20,000 nt of DNA from the NCBI GenBank assembly GCA_964007735.1, contig CAXGAI010000006.1:120023-140022 (forward strand). The letters run 5' to 3'. Origin of the DNA: an uncultured Rhodopirellula sp. GTDB taxonomy: Bacteria > Planctomycetota > Planctomycetia > Pirellulales > Pirellulaceae. Made by a program: the position numbers and the translations under genes. The notes under the pieces are model-generated. The model saw only the letters and a list, made by a program, of their open reading frames with translations. It was not told where the DNA came from and did no database searches. Of this stretch, positions 7,565 through 16,400 are shown piece after piece. The first letter of the stretch is position 1, and every line of letters starts with the position of its first letter.

Positions 7565-8986
7565 CTACCGACTGAAAAGCTGGGACTGAATCTGAGGTAT
7601 ACGAGCATGCGTATCGTTATGCTCTTTCACGTAACGCACTAATCCCGCTCGCATCTGCGCAATGATTTTTACATACTTTGGATTGCCGAAGAGATTGGTG
7701 ACCTCCTGTGGGTCATTTTGGAGGTCGATTAACCACGGACGATCACTTGCCGAAAAGACAAGTTTGTACTGTTTAGATACGGCTGCCAGCCACTCTGAAC
7801 CGGGAGTGCTTCTAAGAAATGTTAAATCTTGCCACTCACTCTGAGCGTTATCCTGGAACAAATCCATCGCGTTACGACCATCGGACGGGTGATTCCCCTG
7901 TACTCCCATCACCGAAAGAATCGTTGGGAAAAAGTCAACGGTCGTCAGAGCCTCATGTACCAGATGCCCTTTAGGAAGCATCTTCGGATAATAAATGACA
8001 AATGGAATTCTAGCAGAACCTTCGTAAGGGACGCCTTTATTCAACCGACCATGTTCACCACACAAATCACCATGGTCGGAGGTAAACACAATAATCGTAT
8101 TGTCGAGGACCTCCTCATCCTTCAAGGTCTGAATTAACTTGCCAACATTGTCATCAATGCACTTCACCATCCCGTAGTATGCAGGCATGATTCGACGTAA
8201 CTGAGCGGCCGTCACCTTTGAATCCGGCTTCCCCCAATTTGGCACTTGGCCGGGACTTCGCATCAATGTCAAAGGGATCGGCACCTTCACATCCGCATAC
8301 ATCTTGTCATAGGGAGCACGAACCGTATTTGGACCGTGCGGATCCGGAAGACTGACGTAATAGCAAAATGAGTTGTTACTATTACGTTTGATAAAATCGA
8401 CCGCTCGGTCACACAAAAAGTCGGTCGAGAATGTCGTCGCGTTGGCTCCATCCAGATTGTAGGTCGGCTGCCCTTTTTCATCCCTGGCTGCAATTTCTGG
8501 TTTACCGTCGTCGATGGAAAATTTCTTCCAATGCCCGCGATTAAACATAAAACGGTTGTCCTGGAACCCAAATTTTCGCTCCGGACTCCACTGCGGTTTC
8601 CGATTTCCGTCCAAATGCCATTTGCCTGCAAATCCTGTCGCATATCCCTGCCCGCTTAGAATCGATGCGAAGGTAATGACATTGTTGTTTAAAGGGATAT
8701 TGTTTGTCACCACTGGTGTTTTTTGTGGATAGCGACCTGAAATTAATGAAGCTCTGGAAGGTGAGCAAACGGGTGTGACCGCATAGAAACTGGTACACAA
8801 AACACCTTGTTCTGCGAGCCAATCAATATTTTGAGTCTCCACAATCGTACCGCCGTAACACCCTAACGTTCCAAAATGATGTTCGTCCGTTTGGATGATA
8901 AGTAAATTTGGTTTGTCACTGGCGTGCAAAGTTGCAGACAGGAAAATCGCCGACATGGCCACTGCTGATTTAGCAATCGTTTTCAT
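7565..8986 (-). CDS. Formylglycine-dependent (S1) sulfatase, secreted
   Basis: KPNLLIIQTDEH; CSPSRASLISGRYP; GYATGFAGKWHL; PDPHGP; FTSDHGDLCGEHG; NKGVPYEGSARIP. Start most likely ATG 8986 (MKTIAKSAVAMSAIFLSATLHA) or 9010, rather than 9103. Confidence 0.95.
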   Translation of the reverse strand: MKTIAKSAVAMSAIFLSATLHASDKPNLLIIQTDEHHFGTLGCYGGTIVETQNIDWLAEQGVLCTSFYAVTPVCSPSRASLISGRYPQKTPVVTNNIPLNNNVITFASILSGQGYATGFAGKWHLDGNRKPQWSPERKFGFQDNRFMFNRGHWKKFSIDDGKPEIAARDEKGQPTYNLDGANATTFSTDFLCDRAVDFIKRNSNNSFCYYVSLPDPHGPNTVRAPYDKMYADVKVPIPLTLMRSPGQVPNWGKPDSKVTAAQLRRIMPAYYGMVKCIDDNVGKLIQTLKDEEVLDNTIIVFTSDHGDLCGEHGRLNKGVPYEGSARIPFVIYYPKMLPKGHLVHEALTTVDFFPTILSVMGVQGNHPSDGRNAMDLFQDNAQSEWQDLTFLRSTPGSEWLAAVSKQYKLVFSASDRPWLIDLQNDPQEVTNLFGNPKYVKIIAQMRAGLVRYVKEHNDTHARIPQIQSQLFSR

Positions 8987-9127
8987 AGATTGAATGCTGC
9001 GTCTGATCATTGATCTTTTAGATCGTTGCTCTTTAGCTGCCACCACAATGAGATTTGAGTTCGGATCAAGCCCCACGACTGGTTTCTCTCGCATGCAAGC
9101 CATTACAACGACCGTTTATTCAAAACT

Positions 9128-12100
9128 CTATTCAACAATTAAATTCCCGTTCATCACAAGCCAGTGACCCGGGAAAGTACAAAGATATGGATAGCGTCCT
9201 GGTTGCTCCGGAACTTTGAAATATATAGTGAATTGCTGCTTTGGCAAAACAATATCGGTAAAGACAATCACGTCCGATGAATCCGGAACATACTGTTTGA
9301 TTGCCGCTTCCGGATCTGAAATAAGTTGATTGGCGAGGTTTCCAACACGCTGTAACGTTCCCGGCTTTAACAAAGCCCAGTTATGCGGTACAACGTCCGG
9401 ATTGTCGAAAGTCAGTGCCAGTATTTCTCCAGCTTTTGCATTAATAACCTTAGTCGCAAAGGACAAATTACTTCCAGCCTGGAGAGTGATCGGCCGGGCA
9501 TCCGCAATAACCGGTGCGTAGGGATTTGGAACGACCTTTGTCGCCAAAGCAATGTCATTAATAATTGGGTGTGGATTCACCGGCTTGTTATCCAGGGCAG
9601 TCAATCCCGGTGCATCCACAAAAGAATGTCGGTCCAGTTTGTGAGCCGTCACAAACATTTCACTGAAAACCCCCGGGGCCGTTTGGATACGCAGATGAAT
9701 CTGATTGGCCGGTTGAATATCAGGGATCTCCAGAAACACCGCTTTCCCCCCATCAAGCAAATGCGCGGATTTGATAGGCAGATAGTCATGGCCAATCATA
9801 CCTAAATGCCGAGTGGAGTATTCCGGTGAACCATACTGACCTCCGTAACGATAATTCCAAGTCATCGCAAAGTGACTTTCAGCTTGCTCCACCAAAGCCT
9901 TATCTAATGGCTGCGCAAAACCCAGCTTGATACCATTCTTATGTACACGAAATGACGTCGGTACCTGCACGGAGTCACCTGTATAGCGAACCCGTTGGAA
10001 ACATCCGTCTTCCGGCGTGTAACATCCCCATCCCTGCATCCCGGTCACGTAAAGCTGACCATCTTTGGGTGAGAATCTGCCGCGATGAATCCCTGACAGG
10101 AAGTCACCCGGCAACCGAACCACAGCGCCCTGCAATTGTCCTTCGACTTCATCTTTCAAAACGAGAAAGTGATTTCCGGTTCCAAAGGAGAAGTGTAACA
10201 ACTGTCCATTGAGAGGCCCCCAGCGTTCACTGTTCACGGTTTGTTGCCCGCCAGACTGATTATCTAGCCCACGTGGTAAATAAACCAATGGCAAGCTCGG
10301 GATAGCATCTCCCTGCGGACCACGGAAGCCAAAGTGCGGTACGGAATCGTCTTTAATCTTCATCGCACATATCATGCTCGATGGAGTCCATTCGCCTTCA
10401 GCACAAGGAATGGTCAAAACCCCATCAGGAGTTAAACCGATGCCATCCGGATTTCGAAAACCGGTTGCAATCACCTCAGCAGTTCGACCGTCAGCCGCAA
10501 TTCGATAGACACCGTCTGCTCCGGAAGCCGTATAGAAATTGCCATCCGCATCACGTTCTAATCCACAGATATAATCATGCCCACCGGGAGAAGTCCGATA
10601 TTGATTTGAAAAACATTCATAAAAGTCCGCGACACCATCGTCATTGAGGTCCCACAATCTTACGATTTGATCACGACATAATACGAAGATTCCATCTTTA
10701 TCAGCAAGCATCCCCAGAGGCTGATGCAATCCGGTGGCAAATCGTGTCCATTTAGCTTCCTTCGAAGGATACTCCAGATCTTGAACTTTCCAAACGTCTC
10801 CATGCATTGTCGCTAACAAGGCTGTTCCATCGGGTAACATCGCGACAGCACTTCCCATCACCGGCACCTTCCAGGGGTTATCCAATGGCAATTCAAACGT
10901 GTCGATCGCATAAGGACCATCTTTACCATGCGTAATCTTCGATAGGAGAACCTGAGATTCAGATTCGCCGCTACCGTTCGCTAGTTCTGCGGGCAAAGGT
11001 TCGTCTCTCAATTGGACCTCTCGCACAAACTTACCGTCTTTCACCCATGGTGAATCCAAATACGTTTTGCCATTGAGGGTATACCTGAAGTAAACACGCT
11101 GTCCGGAACGGTACAGACCATGGTATTGCATGGAACCCGCCAGTTTCTTACCTTCGACCGTTAGCCCTTTTTCAGGGAATTCCACCGGGGTTCCATCCAT
11201 CGGAATCCCATCAAGAAATCCATGGCGGATATCTCTGAATTTGATAAAGCCCTCTTTCCAAACCATGTCATAGGAGAGCGTTTCGGGATTGAATACACAG
11301 GCCAACTGACCTTCGTCGCCAAGACGCACTGCAACTCCACGATTAACCGTGACTCCACCACCACGAAAAACACCAGCTAACACTCTTCCCAGATCAACAT
11401 GATTCCAGGCATCGCGTCTCCAGGTTTCCTCATCCTGATTTCCCCAGTGGCCCTGTTCGCCACCATCCAGTCCATTGAAAGACATTAGTACAGGTGGAAC
11501 TTGCTCACCATCAAGTAACCTTTGCCGAAAAAACTCGGATTCCTTCGCATAGAAGTCATATTCGCGATCCCGGTTAATCGGGTGGTCGGAATAGATATGT
11601 CTGGAAGTTGCAAGAGGTTGATTGTCATAGGCAAATTCAGCTGCTCCATGCACATGAGCTGTGGCATGTTCAAGCACAGTTTCAACTTCGGCTAATGGAA
11701 TCTCTTCTGACTTCCCTAAATCGAGTAGGAACCGAACTAAGTCATAAACCTGCTCATAAGTCATCGCTCCAATCAAGTTCTCGGGCATCAGTGTTCCCAC
11801 TTCTCGCTCGGCATCAATATCTTCGAGAGCCAATTCGACCTGATGATCCGTTCCCTTGGTTGGATCGCGGAAAAGAACTCGCTGTTCATTTCTCTCTAGT
11901 ACATAGCCGCTGATCGTCTCACCTTCGGCCGTGATAAATGCATGCGCTTTGTACTTGTCTTCGATCTTACGCTTAGGCCATAAAACCGATTCAACAATTT
12001 CGTGTGGTTTTCGCTCTAATGCAAGCTTTGTAAGAGCGGGTCCTACAGTCCCACCGATATTTCCAATACGATGACAATTAATGCAGGCGGTCTTACTATT

Positions 12101-13660
12101 GGCAAAGTTCACCATTCCCTGCCCGGCGTTTCCCCGTTGGACGACATTCTCAAGAATCTCCGACACTAAATCAGCATCATATTCCGGAGTCTTTCCAATA
12201 CTATCCGGCTGCGTCTGGGTATTTTTAGCATCACTCGGCAACCAGCGAATAATCGTAGGGCCCGCATCCGGTGGCAAAGAATGTTGGCTCCACGGCAAGC
12301 CGGGGCCACGACGGATTCGAACCCAATCAACAGGACCGGAACATCCCAGGTCGCCTGAAACAAGTCGACCAATTCCGAGCTTTCCCGGCAAAGCATCTCC
12401 CCCAATCATCTCAACAGGTTGTGATGCCACCTGTTTCCCATCAACAAACAGACGAATCAGTTTTTCTTCATAAATCATCCCGATCGTATGCGGCTTTCCA
12501 TCAGCAATATCCACATCAGCGCGGACATGATCCGGTTTTAATCCCGGAGCATATAGTGTGAATTTTCCGGTATCAGGCATAGAGAACAATTCCCAATGCC
12601 GTAGAGACTGCTTTGTATCACTGGCAACAATAATGTTGTAACTGGCTTTGTCAGGTAGTGTCACGCGCGCTTCCACGGTAATTGCCGGTACGCGATTGCG
12701 CGGATTATTATCTACAAGCACACCGTTAGTTTTAACACCTGAAGACGCATTATCTTCCAATGACCAGGTAACCGGCGTTGGCTTGGGACCGGCCGGTTTC
12801 CCGTCCAATTGGGGACGCAACCATTCCAGACCATTCAGATTATCCTTTAAACGAAGTTCGACATCATCCTGAGTATGTCCAATAATGCCGATCGGGCCGG
12901 AATAACCTGAGCTACGAATAACCTTCAGTAATGAAAGGTCAAGCTCCCCTTCTCCCAAAGGAAGAATCTTCATCCCCTTTTTATCTCCGTCACGAGTGGT
13001 ACCGTTTAGATTAAGACAAAGCAGATGCGGCAACATCGCTTTTAAATCTTCTGCAAAGAGGTCAACGCGCGAATGACAGTGATGCTGGTTATAGACAATT
13101 CCGACGTTATCGATCTTATGATGTTCTTTGAGATACTGACACACAGCAACCATATTTGGTGGGTCACCGGACCAACCTCCATGGTTATATAATCCAACTT
13201 TACTACCCATCTTTTTAGCTCTTGCAATCGTCGGCAGACAGGCTTCAGCCGCCTGTTTCACGCGTTGTTGCTGTGTCCCATCATCCTGTTGTGGAATCAT
13301 GTACCAAATCTGAGGGCTCAGCTGATATTTTTCAAACAATTTAAATGCTTCTTCCTGAACATGCCAGAAAGCAAAATATTCCAGCCCATGTTTTTTGTAT
13401 TCAAGAATCTCCTGCTCGAAAGTTGCCACATGCTCCTCCCGCCAATCATAGGCAATTTTCTTGAGTCCTAGTTTGGCACACATAGCAGCGCGTTCTGCCG
13501 GACCACGTTTCTTGCCGTCAAACGGAACGATACACCATGCAACAAGATTTTCCGGAGCAAAGATATCCTGTGCATCTTCTTGTGCATTAGCAACGGACCA
13601 AAGCGGAGTAAAGACGAGCGTAAAAAGTAATATCAGCTGAATGTTTCTAATCATCATCAA
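9128..13660 (-). CDS. Large secreted multidomain redox protein: TIM-barrel (xylose isomerase-like), LamG-like, PVC-type heme-c domain, DUF6797-like, beta-propeller and azurin/auracyanin-like cupredoxin
   Basis: Signal peptide; NLVAWCIVPFD...GLYNHGGW...VGIVYNQHH...LPLGEGELD (TIM barrel); LFVDGKQVA...GPVDWVRI (LamG-like); CINCH at 12071-12085 followed by GGTVGPALT...ESVLWP...GTLMP (heme-c domain); FATGLHQPLG and ATGFRNPDG repeats (propeller); C-terminal PHNWAL...YLCTFPGHWLVM (His-Cys-His-Met type-1 Cu site). The DUF6797 label is from recalled architecture only. Confidence 0.85.
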   Translation of the reverse strand: MMMIRNIQLILLFTLVFTPLWSVANAQEDAQDIFAPENLVAWCIVPFDGKKRGPAERAAMCAKLGLKKIAYDWREEHVATFEQEILEYKKHGLEYFAFWHVQEEAFKLFEKYQLSPQIWYMIPQQDDGTQQQRVKQAAEACLPTIARAKKMGSKVGLYNHGGWSGDPPNMVAVCQYLKEHHKIDNVGIVYNQHHCHSRVDLFAEDLKAMLPHLLCLNLNGTTRDGDKKGMKILPLGEGELDLSLLKVIRSSGYSGPIGIIGHTQDDVELRLKDNLNGLEWLRPQLDGKPAGPKPTPVTWSLEDNASSGVKTNGVLVDNNPRNRVPAITVEARVTLPDKASYNIIVASDTKQSLRHWELFSMPDTGKFTLYAPGLKPDHVRADVDIADGKPHTIGMIYEEKLIRLFVDGKQVASQPVEMIGGDALPGKLGIGRLVSGDLGCSGPVDWVRIRRGPGLPWSQHSLPPDAGPTIIRWLPSDAKNTQTQPDSIGKTPEYDADLVSEILENVVQRGNAGQGMVNFANSKTACINCHRIGNIGGTVGPALTKLALERKPHEIVESVLWPKRKIEDKYKAHAFITAEGETISGYVLERNEQRVLFRDPTKGTDHQVELALEDIDAEREVGTLMPENLIGAMTYEQVYDLVRFLLDLGKSEEIPLAEVETVLEHATAHVHGAAEFAYDNQPLATSRHIYSDHPINRDREYDFYAKESEFFRQRLLDGEQVPPVLMSFNGLDGGEQGHWGNQDEETWRRDAWNHVDLGRVLAGVFRGGGVTVNRGVAVRLGDEGQLACVFNPETLSYDMVWKEGFIKFRDIRHGFLDGIPMDGTPVEFPEKGLTVEGKKLAGSMQYHGLYRSGQRVYFRYTLNGKTYLDSPWVKDGKFVREVQLRDEPLPAELANGSGESESQVLLSKITHGKDGPYAIDTFELPLDNPWKVPVMGSAVAMLPDGTALLATMHGDVWKVQDLEYPSKEAKWTRFATGLHQPLGMLADKDGIFVLCRDQIVRLWDLNDDGVADFYECFSNQYRTSPGGHDYICGLERDADGNFYTASGADGVYRIAADGRTAEVIATGFRNPDGIGLTPDGVLTIPCAEGEWTPSSMICAMKIKDDSVPHFGFRGPQGDAIPSLPLVYLPRGLDNQSGGQQTVNSERWGPLNGQLLHFSFGTGNHFLVLKDEVEGQLQGAVVRLPGDFLSGIHRGRFSPKDGQLYVTGMQGWGCYTPEDGCFQRVRYTGDSVQVPTSFRVHKNGIKLGFAQPLDKALVEQAESHFAMTWNYRYGGQYGSPEYSTRHLGMIGHDYLPIKSAHLLDGGKAVFLEIPDIQPANQIHLRIQTAPGVFSEMFVTAHKLDRHSFVDAPGLTALDNKPVNPHPIINDIALATKVVPNPYAPVIADARPITLQAGSNLSFATKVINAKAGEILALTFDNPDVVPHNWALLKPGTLQRVGNLANQLISDPEAAIKQYVPDSSDVIVFTDIVLPKQQFTIYFKVPEQPGRYPYLCTFPGHWLVMNGNLIVE

Positions 13661-13702
13661 CCTAAATCTGAAGACCTGGTATGGTTAATCGGCGTCATGC
13701 TA

Positions 13703-14797
13703 CTACAAATGTTTCTCAACGAACTTCCAAGCGGAATCGTCGTCGAACTCATGACCACCGTCAAAGATGACATGTTCAAAGTGGTCACGTACTTTTAGTT
13801 TCTCATAAAATACGGCGGCATGTGAGGCAATCTCAGCACCTTTTGCCCGGTGAGAATCATTGTCCTTCGCACCTGCCTGTATCTGATGAGCACGAGGAGC
13901 AATTAATGCTACTTTGTCAGCATCATCAAACAGTGTAAACCGACTGGGAAAACGAAAATCTGTTGGTACCGATAACTCATCCCGTTCATAGCGGTACTCC
14001 TGTACTCCAAAGTAGCAACTGGAAACGGAGACTTTGATGCGAGTGTCGATGGCTGGAGTTACCTGAGCGTAGAATCCGCCATATGATAAGCCAACCATGG
14101 CAATGCGTTCCCCATTCACTTCGGGACGTTTTATCAACTCATCGATTGCATAGGTAATCTTGGCAATCTCGACCGCCGTGATACTCGTGCCAATCAACCG
14201 CATGCGATGATCAATTCGTCGACGAATGTCTTGAGGATAACCGTCTGCGCGGAACAAGTGTTGCGGAGCGTAAACAATGTACCCGCGTTTGGCTGCCCCC
14301 CTTACCATGTCGTTGTAATTGCCTCCTCCGTTAAACAATGCAACCTCAGGACTACCGCCACCACCGTGCATTGATATCACCAAGGGAGCCTTACCCTGAA
14401 CCGATTTAGGAATAATATAGATACCTTCCGAATGTACTTCAGGAAGAATCGGAATCATAGCGCGATAGTACACGGCAATCGAATCTTCCCCGATTTGCTT
14501 TAATGAAATCTCCTTTTCAGGGCGTGTTCCCGGAGGCGGATAACCGATCGAACTACAAAATGCTTTACGGTACGGTACAACCGACTTTTCATATGCCTCC
14601 TGACTCGAATAATCCGGATTCAATACCGACTTCAGTAAACTGCGATCTTTACTAATTGTCTTAATATAGGCATCGAGTTCTCTGGCTTGTTCTGTCCGTA
14701 ACGGATTTGATTCTGCAACCGGTCGATTGAACAGCGCAGACTGCCCCTGCCCCAGAACAGTCGCTTGTAGTAATAGGATTCCTAAAATCGCTCTCAT
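13703..14797 (-). CDS. Alpha/beta hydrolase (dienelactone hydrolase/esterase-like), secreted
   Basis: Short signal peptide; APLVISMHGGGG; RIAMVGLSYGG nucleophile elbow (GxSxG); LIAPR...AGAKD; FDGGHEF (catalytic His). ATGA overlap with the upstream gene at 14794-14797. Confidence 0.85.
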   Translation of the reverse strand: MRAILGILLLQATVLGQGQSALFNRPVAESNPLRTEQARELDAYIKTISKDRSLLKSVLNPDYSSQEAYEKSVVPYRKAFCSSIGYPPPGTRPEKEISLKQIGEDSIAVYYRAMIPILPEVHSEGIYIIPKSVQGKAPLVISMHGGGGSPEVALFNGGGNYNDMVRGAAKRGYIVYAPQHLFRADGYPQDIRRRIDHRMRLIGTSITAVEIAKITYAIDELIKRPEVNGERIAMVGLSYGGFYAQVTPAIDTRIKVSVSSCYFGVQEYRYERDELSVPTDFRFPSRFTLFDDADKVALIAPRAHQIQAGAKDNDSHRAKGAEIASHAAVFYEKLKVRDHFEHVIFDGGHEFDDDSAWKFVEKHL

Positions 14798-16257
14798 TTC
14801 TTATGGGTACCTTTCTTTTTGGATTTCTTTGTCGATTTAGTTTTCGGTTTTTCTTCTTCGGATTGCGCAACAGCTTGTTCTGGATTTGTATTCACCACTA
14901 TGTTTTGCTCACGATCGATTGATTCCAGTGGTTCAACACTGGCCAACTGAGAGACGATTTTCAGCTGAATTTTATTGATTAGGTCTCCGCACTGAGTCAG
15001 AAAGATCGAAAATCGCTGGTCGCTGCGAATTTCATGATCTGTGAACTGCCGCAAAGCTCGTAAGCGGATTGTGGTAATGCGAAACAGGCTATCGCGCAAC
15101 TGAGCTACGTCATAGCAGCCACTCTGACCAGTCTCCACTTTAAACGTAGATTCCATAAACCGATCGAGAATGGCGCGTTGCTTTTCAAGTCTGGCTTGCG
15201 CTTCGCGTGCCATCAGTTTACGCCAATACGTCCAGACCAAATAACACAAAGCGAACGTGGCCAGGATTAACTCTTTGAGAGCATGTAACGATCCAATGGT
15301 CTCCTTAATCATCCCGATATTGTCGGCTGGATAAAAGTAGGACAATGCAGCTGGATGCAGACTACTAGAGACCCATTCCGTCACTTCCTCACGTCGTAAA
15401 ACTCCCGGGAACTTCACTCGTAAGTTTTCCTCATGAATCGATTTAATCACTGCCTGTACCAATTCATCCGCCATTTGCTCGGTTGTCACGACAAATGCGG
15501 TCGTGGCCAACACTGGAATGTCATTGGGAGGCACATCACCATTCTTGCCGTACAGCCCCTGAGGTATCTCCATCATTTTCAGAAAAGGAGTTTTTAACTC
15601 AATCGCGCGTGCATCCTCGATCGGCAGCAGTTCGAAATCTCCAGTATTGAGAATTGCCGCCAGATCCTGATTTTCGATACCCGTCGTTACAATGGCTCCC
15701 TGAAGCGTGTCATCACTTACTAACTGGTCAAAATATTTGTTCGTTTGCGTAAGTGTGGCAACTGGTACTCCGTAGTGTTCAAGTAATTTCGTTGCCGACT
15801 GTCGCATGCCCGAGCCTTGCGGGCCGAGTGAAATCGCTTGGCCGGCTAAGTCACGGATATTGTGTATTTCACTATCCTTGCGGACAATTACAAGCATCAC
15901 ATCCGGATAGAGCGGCGTGACAATGGCGAACCGGCTAAAATCGACGGTCCCCTGCACAATGGCGAATTCGGATTCACCTTGCTCCAAAGCAGTAATATTG
16001 GCAATCGAACCGTTCGATGGTATCACTTCGACTGGCACAGAACTGCGTTCAGTAATCGATGGTGCAATCTCGGAAGCAATGCGATAGTAGAGTCCGGAAT
16101 CAATACCACTGTGGATTCGTACCTTCTCGGGTAAACTCTCCAGCGTCACAACATAAATAAAAATTGATGACACAAGCGTAAACAACATGAATCTGGCAAT
16201 CCACATTCGGATTGTCGAGGAATCCATCTCCTGCAGTTTTTGTATTGGTATTTTCAT
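14794..16257 (-). CDS. TAXI-family TRAP-type solute-binding protein with two TM segments and a C-terminal domain
   Basis: SGIDSGLYY, SNGSIANI...EFAIVQ, LYPDVMLVIVR, DLAGQAISLGPQGSG and LHPAALSYF are TAXI motifs. TM segments IARFMLFTLVSSIFIYVV and LILATFALCYLVW. Start uncertain (16314, 16257 or slightly downstream). Confidence 0.82.
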   Translation of the reverse strand: MKIPIQKLQEMDSSTIRMWIARFMLFTLVSSIFIYVVTLESLPEKVRIHSGIDSGLYYRIASEIAPSITERSSVPVEVIPSNGSIANITALEQGESEFAIVQGTVDFSRFAIVTPLYPDVMLVIVRKDSEIHNIRDLAGQAISLGPQGSGMRQSATKLLEHYGVPVATLTQTNKYFDQLVSDDTLQGAIVTTGIENQDLAAILNTGDFELLPIEDARAIELKTPFLKMMEIPQGLYGKNGDVPPNDIPVLATTAFVVTTEQMADELVQAVIKSIHEENLRVKFPGVLRREEVTEWVSSSLHPAALSYFYPADNIGMIKETIGSLHALKELILATFALCYLVWTYWRKLMAREAQARLEKQRAILDRFMESTFKVETGQSGCYDVAQLRDSLFRITTIRLRALRQFTDHEIRSDQRFSIFLTQCGDLINKIQLKIVSQLASVEPLESIDREQNIVVNTNPEQAVAQSEEEKPKTKSTKKSKKKGTHKK

Positions 16258-16400
16258 CGAATTCTTTAACTGGCGAAAAGTAACCCATTCATTATCTAAT
16301 AGCGGAAAACTCAATTCAATTCATGAAACCGTGTGTGGCCCGCAATTATCACTTATCATGGTGTTTTTCATCTTCACATCTCGGCTGGAACAATCTAAAC

